This document shows positions 1 to 12,535 of a stretch of DNA of 64,000 bases, one piece after another. The DNA is taken from positions 31,558,001 through 31,622,000 of the forward strand of contig CAIIXF020000001.1 of assembly GCA_903813345.2 (NCBI GenBank), written 5' to 3'. Under the pieces are notes generated by a model, which was not told the origin of the DNA, searched no databases, and saw only the letters and a program-made list of their open reading frames with translations. A program made the translations under genes and the position numbers. The first letter of the stretch is position 1, and every line of letters starts with the position of its first letter. The DNA comes from Owenia fusiformis. Taxonomy: Eukaryota.

Positions 1-133
1 AATAATGCAACCAGAGGAACATAACAGAATAACAAAAGAATATTATTCATTAGTTAATGATATAACTAAATGCATAGATTATATCTTGCAAAGCTCAAGT
101 TACAATTGCTTTTGTTAATGTGAACTGTTTCAG

Positions 134-3100
134 GGTGAGAAGGGTGGACAAGGTTCAAAGGGAGAACAAGGCAATGATGGAGAAAAGGTAGTTTTATAAC
201 TTTTACTATCATCTCATCATCTCATTCACTCCATTTATGTCGTATATTTTTTATTTTAGGGTGTTGAGGGTCCATCTGGGCCTGAAGGACCACCAGGTCG
301 CAGAGGCAGAAAAGTGAGATTAATTGCCTGTGGCATATGAAATAATTCCAATAATACTACTCATTCTAATGTCTAATGTTTTCATTGGTTGAGGTGCATC
401 CTAAATCTACAATATCTAATATTCATGAGCTTCTAATATATTGTCTTATGTCATATTAATTCTAAGGAGTAAACATCATACAACAAGCATGTGAAGGTGG
501 AATCATTAATTGGAATATATGCTAATATTAAGCTGAATACAAAATGGCTTCAGTGCTGCAAAGGTACAATAATGCTAACATGCAACTAATTTCAGTGATC
601 TTTTGAGAATCCGGTATTATACTTAATTGCCATTGTAAGAGAATGCGAACATTGTGAGATGTGTTTGACATAAGTAATACTTAAGATATAAGAACAAAGA
701 TTCTATGATTATGGACCCGATGTATGTACCATTAGAGGCATTATACTTTTTTTATACCATATCAGCAAACAAAAAAAGTCATGTATGTTATAAATCAAAG
801 AATCAAGGTCCTTGTTACAATTCTAATGCAGATGATTAATAGACAACAACAACAATAAACATTCAAAATCTAAATCCATTGTTCATAATGTTCATGGTGC
901 TGTGATGTTACATAGATATTGTAGTGTAATGTATAATATAAATAATACTTCACACTTTGCATTACAGAGCCAATCCATTATTTTTTGTTGTAGCATTTTC
1001 CATGTATTAAGTGTAAACCAAGGAGGAAAGATCTTTTTAAATATTCCTTCTAGAATCAAATATAGAAAGCACAATCAATTCAATTGAGCAAATAATATAA
1101 TACTAGCATATAGTATAATACTATATATTATTCCATGATGGTGAAATTCCCTGCAATCTGATTGGTCCATGCGACTTAAAATATATATATTGTATTTACA
1201 CGCACTTTCCACTTAGCGTTGGATACAGAGTGAAAATGACTTCAGCATTTGGATACGGTCCAGTATCCTAATGCCCCAGAAATCAATTTGAAGCATGCAC
1301 ATTGTTTTCATGAAGTAGTAAAAATCCAATATGGCAGACGAACGTCGAAAAAACGTTTCGCTACACTACACTTTGAGCTGATGAAATTGAAGAGAAAAGA
1401 CAAAAAATTAAACGTACCTTATAATACAATAAAAGCAAACAACAATGAGTAGGTTCATCTGTTTTTCCAGTCAAGCCAAGGAAATGGACTTGATTTTTGG
1501 GGAGTTTTATCTGAGTAATCATGGAATAAAAAGGTTATTTAATAACTTCTCGTGAAATACAGAAAATATTCTCTGCTAGCTCATTGTGAAATACAGACCT
1601 TCTCAGGCAGAATGTTTTCTGAATTTCACTCAAATCATTGAATAACTTATAGTACCACCCTCTTGTTGAACACTAGTTACATTTCTGTGTGATGAGGCCA
1701 TATTTTTTTTAAGTGCAAATCAATATTGCCTACTGATATGGATAAATGTCATTGGCTCGGTAACCCAGGGTGGGTATAAACATGTAGTTATTACTAAATC
1801 ACAGTAAAGCGAATGTTCAATAATTGAAATAAGCTAAAGCTTTATGTTACAGGGAATTCATTAATGGTGTATTAACAATAGGCATGCCAATACATAAAAT
1901 ATCTGTTGAAGATTATGTCCAAATGGTGACAGTTGTGGAAAGACTTTATTAGCTCCCTTCCCCTTTTATTATTTATCAAAATTTTATTGTTCCACTGAAT
2001 CCAATTGGAAATGTAATATATAGGCATTGATAAACTTTTCATACTTGATTGATGAATACTGCATATGTACATTGTTTTTTAATCCTCATAACTGCAGAAT
2101 CTACCAAAATTGTATTTACATGGAATGAGGAAATGGTTCACTGAAATATTCTGAACGCATTTATATAAATATGACCAACCTCCAACAGCCATAATTAACT
2201 TTCTCCACAGCTGTCAATATATAGAAACCCCACTTAATATAAGGTTGGGGTTACCTGTATATACAAGTACCAATAGGACATGTAATCAAAAAAAGAAGAA
2301 AACATGAAACTAAGTTAAACACATTCTTGATTTACAATTTACAAGTCTAAATGTTAAATGTTCAACATACTCAGATTTTACTGTACAGTAAATATTAATC
2401 ATTTCAATGTTCACAATACACTATATGCATTACAGGGAGACATTGGTTCCAATGGGAGACCAGGACGAGATGGAAAACCAGGACCAAGAGGGCAACAGGT
2501 GTGAATAACCTTACACTTAATCAATATATTCTTTCACTATCATCTACAGTGTGTCAAATAAATATGTTTTCCCCTTCTTAGCTTTAACATCCAGATAATG
2601 TTGCACAAATTTTTACATCAAAACTAGGCTTCACACAAGAAGTTTCAGATAACTAGCTCAACTATAGATGCGCTTTTATGCACAAAAGTGAATTCTTTTG
2701 AAATTAGTTATTTGACATCCTGTACATACAACTCCCCAATAAGAGGAAATGTATCATGAACCAATAATATACAGGGTGGGTCAAGATAAACTTCAATGTC
2801 CTTCAATGAGAAATGCTTTTTGGTCAACTTATCCTTTTGTATTTCCATAGGTTTGTCACTGACATGATAAATATGATTGCAGGGTGCCCCTGGCTTGCAA
2901 GGACCACCAGGCTCAATGGGACCACCAGGACTACCAGGACCACCTGGAACTCCTGTATGTGAACAGGAAACCAAAAATTATAAACCAGCTTATTTACTGT
3001 CATAAAAAATGAGTCTAAAATATTTTCAGAACATGAAATTTGGTGAGGTCTAAATGTACTTCATAAAAAAAATCAACCACTATGTTTTTAGAATAATTAA

Positions 3101-6100
3101 TGAATACAAAAATAAATATGTAAAAGGATAATACGAAATGGGCTACTTGTAAATATACATGCAGGTATTAAAAATTAATTTACTGCCTATGGTGTAAGAT
3201 TAAATTTAAATTGTATACATCACATATGTATTGCATAGTTATTCTTTTTAGGGCCAATTTGGACAAAAAGGAGAACCTGGAGATGTAAGCATTCTTTAAA
3301 ATAATTTTGGATGATGGAGTTAATGAAAATTTCAATCATTATTCAATTTTGACCATATACTAATAACAATAATTTTTAACTTTGTAACAACAATTTAATT
3401 AATGTTTTGATTGCGATTTTCTTATTTAATTAAAATTATTATACAAAATTTCATCATACACTATCATTTTTATAGGGATACGGCGAAGGTCCTGGAAGGG
3501 GTGGATTGGATGTCATTGTAGGCCCTGGTAATTATGGACCATCAGGACCACCGGTTAGTGTGATTGAGACTATGAAGGAACAAGACATTTTGCTGGGTTT
3601 CTACATTGTCCAGATCTGAATGGCTAATATAAATTGAAAAATTGAATAAACCATTTTTTCAATAATCGCAGTGAACATTAAGAATATATGATATGTTTTT
3701 TTATATATTTGCAGGGACCTCCAGGCCCACATGGTCCCCCAGGAATGGTCTGTATAGGAATATTATGTATAAAATCATTTCTGATAGTGGAAATAAAGTT
3801 AAAAATCAGTAAATTTCAATAGTTTTACTATTCTAAATTACTTGATATTAAGTTACATCTTGATTTTCTTCTTTATATATTAAAAATTGCTTTCTATGTT
3901 ATGAGCATGATTTTGAATATGGAAAGTTTTTGACTGTATGGCATGATAGAGTTCAGAATTATTTTCAGGGTTACATTCTCTTTGGTCATAAATGTATTTG
4001 CCTAGTTATCTGTTGTCTTTTGCAATGTCCATGAAGAATCACAATTATTATTTTGTTTTGTTTTTATTTGTTATATTGTGTTCATGTTTTAAACTGTTGG
4101 CCTGAGTGTTTAGATAGATTGTAGGTTATTGTAATTATTTAGATAGATAATTAAGTGTGCAGTGTTCTGTGTTATGAAGGTTATGCTATTTTATATGTAT
4201 TACAATGTTTGTGTGTGCTCAATATTGCAGCCTGGTGCTCGAGGACCACCGGGGGAGTTGGGACCGAGTGGAGCACCTGGCGCCTCAGGAATGCCCGGCT
4301 TGTCTGGTCCACCCGGCTCACCTGGACCCCGTGGCTTGAGAGGTCAGCCAGGAATGCCGGGAATTCCAGGGTTGCCTGTAAGTTTATCTTGACTTAGTGT
4401 AAGACAGTTGGACACTCCCCTTTTGTCTTCCTAACTACATTCATAATGCTATCTGTTTAATTTCACACTTGTTTCTGATATATTTTCTCTGATCTATTTT
4501 AGTTGTTTAAGCATTCATAATCACTTCTTAAGCTTAACCTTCTTATGATTTTGTACCGCATGCTTTCTAAATAATGGAACTCTATTCAATTAGTGATCTT
4601 TGAAAATTCGCACTTAGTAAAGTAAAAAATGAAATATACAAGTGAATTTTCAAAATTCACATCTTAGGACTCATTATTGTGAATTTTCAAAGATGCCTTA
4701 AGTTATGGTTTTAACATTAGGGACAACCCATTTAGTACAAGAAGGTTGAAGTGTTTATCAATAATATCCTATAATTAGCAAAAATAAAACACTCATCAAT
4801 CTTGTACAAAATGACTGCTTCCTTAGAGGTAGTTGCGGTAGCTAGTAAGACACAGGGTCGATCTCTAAATGCCTTACATTAAATTGGGATTTGCTCTTCT
4901 CAGATAACCTTGCATTTCTGCTTGAAATTGCAAATGTATATTGCGTTGAGCTTATAGCTGGGCTTTTCATTTCCAGATTGAGACATTGCGCAGCAGCTTT
5001 CAACAAAGCTGTCAACCATAATGTGCTGTATGTACGCATATGCTTGTTAATACAAGTAGCCAAATATAGAATAACTACTCATCATTCCATTTTGATTATT
5101 TTAAAACTTCCATGATCCCTTAGAGAGAATAATCCTGACCAACGCATAATTAAGTTGACCCAAACTAACATGTTAAAGTAGCTTTGCATACTCCTTTACC
5201 ATATTTGGCAATCAGCAGGTAACATAATTAACACTTTTAATAAAACAAATGAAATGTGTTTTACAGTGACTTCTTAATAGATAAGTCTAAGGAATGATAT
5301 GAATCTGCTTCCGTCATATTTATTTCAAAATATAAGCTTGTTTAGTGATAATGGAACCCCTTTCTTCTTGGTTTTAACTTCAAATAAACATCTGTATTTA
5401 ATATTAATTTATAGTTAAATTTAAGTAATGTGTGTTTCACCTTTTCAATAATCAGTATATTCCCCTTTTCTTTGATTTTAATTTATTTGCATTTTATTAA
5501 TCCAAATATTGCTTTATTCCTTGTACTAAATAATTAGGGACGCAGTGTAACAGAGAACGAGGTGAAGGAGATTTGTTTCAAGGTGCTCAGAGGTAAGTAG
5601 ATACTAAATATCACAATATGTTTTTGATCTGAAATTTCTCGGCAAGTAAAATATTCTACACATGTTGAATAAATACCCTGAACAAAGACGCTAAATATAT
5701 CACCCATGATTTTCTCTTCTCTTAATATATATCATGTCCTAACATGTCAGGACATAGAAAAAGCATTCAGTGGATATATGCAATTGCTTTGTTATACCAC
5801 ACAGAGAGACTGGAAGACTTAGTAGCAGGGCTACAGGGTCCAGCAGGCCCAGCAGGGATTGGTCGTCCGGGCCGAACTGGCCCACCAGGAAAACAGGGAA
5901 TTCCAGGTAAATCTTGATAATATATGATTTCATTGATTTATATTTTCTCCCCTGCAGAAAAACTGGAAGAGATGGTAGCTACTAGAGTTGGTCCTCCGGG
6001 GCCCCCAGGACGTGGGGAGCCTGGGAGAGAGGGCCCTCAAGGAAAGAAGGGGAGTCCAGGTATATGTCTTAGTGCGGCGGCCATATGCTATTTGCTAGAC

Positions 6101-9100
6101 TGACCATCATTATTTAATAGCAGAACAGAACCTAGGAAAGATGATAGATTTAACTCACTAATGGCTAGGAAAAATATGGATATTGAAATGCTTACACCAA
6201 AAAATCAATCAGCCTCAGTGTAAACCCATTGAATGTAACATCAACATTAGCTTTATATATAATCCTCAGTAATAATATATGTGTCAGTAAGTGGGAGTAA
6301 ATGGGAATAAAAATAAACAAATAGACACCCCAAAACTATAGAAATGAAACAGACTAATATGTTACCCCAAAACAAACAGACATTTTAAAACCGTGAAAAT
6401 GAAACAAACTAATACATCACCTAAATGACCATTTTCAAAGAGAGGCATACCACTTCTAACAATACAGCTTTGAATGTACCTGTACAATTAAATGTTTCTA
6501 TTTTCATGGGTATCCTCATAAGAATGCATATTGGCTGATAAAATTGTTGCTTTAATATATATAGAAATGCTATATGATTATTTCCAGGAAACCCAGCTTA
6601 CTATTACAGTGACAAAGATGCTTTAATCTAACAGAACCTTTCAAAATAGTTAAAATTTAAATCAAACAAATAGCTATATAAATTAGATTTGAAGCATTAT
6701 TTCTATTACAAAAATTGTTTATTTGTTTAAAGGTTATACAATAATTAGACTGTATGTGCATATTGGGTTGAGTATGTTATTATTACAGGTGACAGAGGGC
6801 CCCCTGGTGACTTGGGAGAGAGAGGTTTGATAGGATTCCCAGGGGCACCAGGCCAAACTGGTCCAGCAGGAGCCCCAGGTAACATGCAGATATGAACCAC
6901 CCAGGGTAGTGTCACCAATTTAACTAATTAAGAAGCACCAACAAGCTGAAATGGGGATAGGTATGGCAAATATCACTAGAGAGGAAGCACAATTAAATGG
7001 GATTCTTATACTCCAGGGGTGATTCGGCAACATCAGTATAAGATTTTTTAATGCTTTTGGGTGCTTCTTTAAATCCCATGCATATACCCCCTCCTCTGGT
7101 GACACTTTCCTTGTTTTATATTGTAAAACTAACCAGGCTTGACTAATATGTTCCACAGGTGATCCAGGTCCACCAGGGATGCAGGGAGAAAGAGGTTTTA
7201 CAGGGTTCCCTGGCGCCCCAGGCCCAGAGGGGCCAACAGGATACCAAGGTAGACATGGATGGTGGCACATCTGGGGAATGGTCCCAACAAACCTTTCATC
7301 TTAATCTAACCAGATATATCCATAAACAATAATTAAATCACCACTAGTACCCGACATACATACCCCATTTGTTGTATGTTATGATACGTCCTTTCCAACA
7401 TGACATACAACAATACCATAGATGTGTCATTCACAGTAGTTGCATGCTATGGTTATCCTTCTTCACAGGATAATCATAATTTAGTTGCCATGGACTTGGA
7501 CTTGTAGTTGTCTGGTTGTGTACAATCATAACCTGAGTTGCCATGGTCTTGTAGATACCTGTTTGGTTGTGTACAATCATAGCCTAGTTGCCATGGAGTC
7601 TTAGTTGTCTGGTTGTGTATGATAACAACCTGGTTGCCATGAAGTTGTACTTGTTTGGTTGTGTATGATCATAACCAAGTTGCCATGGAATTGTAATAGT
7701 AATGTACATGTACCTGTGATGTCAGGATGACTGGGGAGAAACAAAACACACATGTAACAAGATGGCGGCACTGCAGCTTACAATGTGATATCCAAACACT
7801 AAAAGGGTTGTAGCATTTACATTACAGTACCATAATCAATGTGATATACATCCGGAAATACAATATTGCTCATATTTCTGGAATAATGAACACTTCACTA
7901 AAACGAATATACTCAACAATTACAAAGGTTGTAATAATTGTTCTTAAATGACCAGTTGAGAAAGTTATTCCATAAAAACGTAATTACATGTAATCTAGAG
8001 AACAGATGTTTTACCAGAAAATTTCCAAAAACTTCAATGGATTTTGTTAAATAATTCCTGGGAAACGAAAATATTTTGTCAATTACAAAACCAATTGGTT
8101 CATTTTCCAAAACCAGACAAATGTGAAAAATGGAAAAATCCCCATTCACTTAAAAAGCACATTGAAATTGAGGAAATCAACGGTAAATTGGAAAATTTAT
8201 ACAATGAATATATGAACAATGGTATATTGTCTAGTATGAGTAACATCAAATGTTGCAATGCTTTTGAGTTGGATAATATCACTGGTGATTTCTGAATGAT
8301 GAAATGAATTGGATGTACAATACTTGAATATGACTGATCTTCTCTTGTGCAGGGACTGTGACGCTGTCTCTTTTATAACACAATTTGTATGTCAATTTTC
8401 CTAATCTGTATAATTAATTAATTGATTGTCCCTTTGATAACAAACTAGCATGTCTATACCTCACCCATACATTCTTATTGTTTCCTAGAAAATGCTGCAT
8501 GTTATCTGAACATAATATTTTATGTATTGTTAGTTAAGCATTGCTTGTTTGAAAACATTGATCTTGCATGTATACAGTTGTCTTCTTTGTGCACTTAGGG
8601 TCACTTGCCCCATGTTGCGCATTGCCTGCATGCCTTTTCCATAGCATATTACATCTTGTGGAATGTATGCATGTTGCATAGGTCAACAGGAATTACCTTA
8701 CCTGTAGTTGCAGTGATCTCCTCAACATTAAGCCAAGTGGGTGCTGTTCTAACTTTTATTTTTTCAACTTGCACCCACTTGTACAAGAGAAAATTATGAA
8801 ACACTGGTAGATTTTGAGAAAATTAGAATTTTTGGACTAAAAATCCTGGGGAGAACACGGAGTTATTTATAGTACCTACTAGGATACAAGTAGCACATTA
8901 TAACATGTTATAAACAGTATGGATAAAATATGCACATTTCTTCAAAAATTCATATTATCAACCAGGCATTCTTGCTTTCCTCTAAGTTGTAGTAATATAC
9001 ACACCCAAATATATTTTAGCTTTTGTAGTTTAACACTTCAGTTAAAGCTTAAGTACTTTTATGTAAGGAATACTAAAAATGAATGTGGTTTACTTTAATT

Positions 9101-9769
9101 GCATTCTCTTACTATTTAAGTTGATGTTCTGTGGTAGGTTGCATGTTTAAAACTCACCATTATATTATTTTGATGTTTGCATTAGTAATTTACCAACAGA
9201 TTTGATTCCCTAAAATTCTTTCCCTACTTCAAAAGTTTACAGACAAACTATGTACAAATCCAAAGTGAGCCATACAAATTTGCATATAATTTGGCAAAAT
9301 GTTAATGGTTGCAGGCCCACAAGGACCAAAGGGTGAGAGAGGTGAAGTTGGTTATGGAAAAGCTGGTATGCGAGGACCAAGAGGCGTACCAGGTGAGCTA
9401 TACAGCTAGAGAAAAAAATTGTACATGTACTTCATTCATATTAATGCCATAGTTGTATAACTTTTCAGAGAGGATAATAGCAAAATCATTATTCCAAACA
9501 AAGGAGTCTTGGATCTCTGTGTTTTGAGAATGAGTACTAGTGTGAGTTTGGAAATATATTCTAACTTCAATGAAACTGTTGTAGGACTTCCTGGACCTCC
9601 AGGTGCAGGGGTGCCTGGAAGAGAAGGAGAGAGAGGTCCCTCAGGAGAGAGAGGATTGCCTGGAAGTCAGGGCCCACCTGGAGCTCAAGGTCCACCAGGA
9701 TATTGTGAATACTGTAACTTTAATGTACCTCAGGGCTATCCTCCTAGGAATGATGTCAAGGGGCCTTGA
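134..9769 (+). CDS. FACIT-like collagen (collagen IX/XXI/XXII-like C-terminus), 3' part of a multi-exon gene; 5' end lies outside the window
   Basis: Exons with AG/GT boundaries and continuous frame: 134-187, 260-313, 2436-2498, 2883-2954, 3252-3284, 3476-3553, 3715-3747, 4231-4377, 5538-5592 (non-collagenous [20 protein letters not shown]2-like), 5805-5906 and/or 5958-6059, 6789-6878 and/or 7159-7248, 9315-9392, 9585-9769. Most encode Gly-X-Y repeats. Ends [26 protein letters not shown]: a short Cys-containing NC1 ending in KGP, as in FACIT collagens, with no fibrillar C-propeptide. Confidence 0.93.
5805..5906 (+). CDS. Collagen alternative exon A1 (102 nt, phase 1-1): [35 protein letters not shown]
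   Basis: cag acceptor ending 5804, gtaaat donor at 5907; same length and phase as, and homologous to, 5958-6059. Confidence 0.85.
5958..6059 (+). CDS. Collagen alternative exon A2 (102 nt, phase 1-1): [35 protein letters not shown]
   Basis: tgcag acceptor ending 5957, gtatat donor at 6060; only 51 nt downstream of exon A1. Confidence 0.85.
6789..6878 (+). CDS. Collagen exon B1 (90 nt): [31 protein letters not shown]
   Basis: tacag acceptor and gtaaca donor; homologous to 7159-7248. Confidence 0.85.
7159..7248 (+). CDS. Collagen exon B2 (90 nt): [31 protein letters not shown]
   Basis: cacag acceptor and gtagac donor; shares GD.GPPG..GERG..GFPGAPG with B1 in the same register. Confidence 0.85.
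7480..7695. repeat. Degenerate ~55-60 bp tandem repeat (about 4 copies)
   Basis: Recurrent gttgccatg...tggttgtgta(c/t)aatcataacc units. Confidence 0.7.
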
Positions 9770-12172
9770 AAACGTATCAAACCACATACTTTAAGGCCAG
9801 CCACGTTTTGTTCCCTCGACAGCAGGTTTAGTGGTGTTGCTAACACACACAATATAAAAAATACCACTTAACACATTTAGAATAATTTTAACTTCTAAAT
9901 AAATCTTATCTTTGAATATTTCACTTGGAATGGTGACGGTCTTTTATCAACTTGAAGGTATCAAAAATGGTTTTGATCTTTTTAAGACTGCACTCTAACT
10001 GGGGTAAAAGGTTGGTTATGGCACTGACTGTTAAACACATGGTATATATTGAAATGTTTTGATAACAGTATGCACTAATTCTGTATGGCTAACATAAGTC
10101 TTGGGGAAAAGTAACATAAACATCATGCAGCATTTCGGAATGGGCTAAATGTTTAACTTACAAATAACTTCAAAAGATATACATGTATCTCATATTGGTA
10201 ATGGAGAATTTCTTCTATGTCAAAGCTAACAACTTCAGTCGGGCCAAATCCTAACGTGTTGCCGACTAGCCATACCTATTGACAATTGTAGATATTAAAT
10301 GTGTCGTTTTCACAAAAGCTAGATTTGTATGAATATATTTAACATATACATATCAAAAGTAGTTGATACTAATTCAACAATTTAATTCATTGATCAACAG
10401 TTAACAGAATCATGCAAATCTAATTTTGTATAAAAAAATTAAAACTGCTGCACTTGATTATTAAAAAGTTGATAACAATAACTCACATAGAACATAGAAT
10501 GGCACATAAATGAGCACATTACAAATCACAATGCGTTCCACAAGTTTGTGATTAATATCAAATCACCTGTCCTTGTTGTTCGTGTATGTCCACTAAGCAA
10601 CACTACACGGCCTCCTGAAGATGAAGACTTTAGTTCTATGCCTACTAATACCTTAAATAACCTTGCATGAAATCCCTTCTTCGCATGCCATATATTTATT
10701 GCCTATTTGTTTTTGTACTTACTTTGTAATTGTATGGGTGCTTCCAACGTATTCTTACTTTTAACAATCATTAAGTAAAAATTAGCTATTTATTTCAAAT
10801 CTTAATTGCTTAAACCTGTGTCGTTTTTTAGGAAGTACATAATTATTATTTACATTGTATATTCTGTTTATACAGTATAATGCCATCCATATAAATAATG
10901 TTTCTCAGAAAATTATTTAAGAAACTGAAATCTATCTACCATTAAATCCTTCTTGCTTCTAAAATTTCATTTGCCACCCTTTCTTTCGACCATTCTGTTG
11001 GACACCACCACCTGCCTGTAGAATATACAGGTTTCTTATAGCTTTTTGCATATTTCAGTAAAACTGAATTCAGTTATATCAAAACTATTTTGCAATAACA
11101 ATCGCTTATATCTTTGCTTGTATAAGATCCAAACAATTTACTTTTATTTAGTGGCTGTAATATCTCAAAATTTCTGTTAATCCCTTACAGTACACCCCAT
11201 ACTCCCTTTATATGCACATTTGCACCAATATAATGAAACGTCTAAGTCCACCCTTGCTTAAAGCCAGGCACAAGAGCTAAAGTCAGAACAATGTATAAAG
11301 CTGTGATATCATGGTTGGTTTGATTCGTTATTAATGCCCTTCTGGATATTATTTCCGCTGTTGGTGGGGATGACCTCAACATCTGACCTCAAGGCTCAGC
11401 AAAATGAACCATCATAGCCTGGATCTAAGAAATATGTGGACTATCAATAGAATTTCCGATTCAGGATTATTCTTAAGTGATATATGTTAAATAAAATGCC
11501 ACTCAGGGTAACTAATGTACCTATGCAATCAAGAGATTAAGTGTCAGCTTTCAAATGACAATGAGAACCTGTTAATCTCATATCATACAGTATGTTAAAT
11601 TATCAAAAGTCCTAAGTATTACTCTGTGGCAAAATGTTGTATTATATGAAGTATTTTAATTTGTACAAATGTATAACTCTATGAATAATGAATTTATGTA
11701 TTTCAATGCATTTAAAAAGAGTATATTGCAACTGTGTACCAGTATATCATATTGCGATGCAGCTATTGCTGGTCCCTGATGTATTGCTGTTACATGGCTG
11801 CAATAGAGTGGTGCTACTGGTGAATCTAGTGTCAAATTAATCAGTTTCTTGCCAGAGCATAATTCGAAACTGAGAATTTGTGCCATATATGATATAAAAT
11901 CGTAAAACATTATAGTAGGTAAGTATTTTAGTAGGTATATTATATATCGCTTTTACTGTAACCAAAACTCACAATTAAAGCTAATGAACAACTCCTGACA
12001 TCTGGAACAAGGTAGGTCAAAACACTATGAAAACTTTTCCCCTATCAACTCCAATTTGAAAGATCAGTATTTCAATTTTCAATTGACCACATTTGAATTC
12101 TAAAAAGAGACAAATGAATCTTAATCTCCTACCTCCTGTTTTCTCATTATGCTAAAGCCATAATATAATTAA

Positions 12173-12535
12173 AGGTGCAACAATTAATGCAGGGGGCCAT
12201 TCAACGATCATCGATCAGTGTCAAAATATATTTAAGTTTGGATATTTCATCAAGACTAACATATATTTTTATTATCTACAAAGAAACTCCCTGGATGAAC
12301 ATTATTTCAGCTGATATTCCTCTTGAAACGTGGTGAATCTTAAAAATCTATAAGTGGGACTCCCTTTATAGAAGCTTTGAACTGAATTTACACTTCTTAA
12401 TGCTAAAATTGAGAGTTTATCCATACATTTTAAGAAAATAGGTATATCAAAGAAGATGCTGAGCCAAATATTGACCTGATAACTCAGAAAAAATAAAAAA
12501 TTTCGAATTTTCTCTCTACAGTCCTTGTTGCCCCT
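12173..12535. mobile_element. TTAA-flanked non-autonomous DNA transposon (Kolobok-like MITE), family copy 1
   Basis: ttaa|aggtgcaacaa...ttgttgcccct|ttaa; homologous copies at 55297-55659 and, inverted and interrupted, at 29272-30303. Confidence 0.8.

Noticed and set aside
1125..1650. Possible old non-autonomous element (similar layout at ~14995-15500)
   Set aside because: Only short shared motifs (ctgattgg, tcattgaataact); boundaries and TSD could not be defined.
1845..1870. Possible extra collagen exon after ttacag|gga
   Set aside because: The frame stops immediately (gga att cat taa) and has no Gly-X-Y pattern.
2708..7270. Minus-strand Gly/Pro-rich ORFs (2708-2974, 6920-7270) as a second collagen
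   Set aside because: They are antisense shadows of plus-strand collagen exons; splice sites support only the plus strand.
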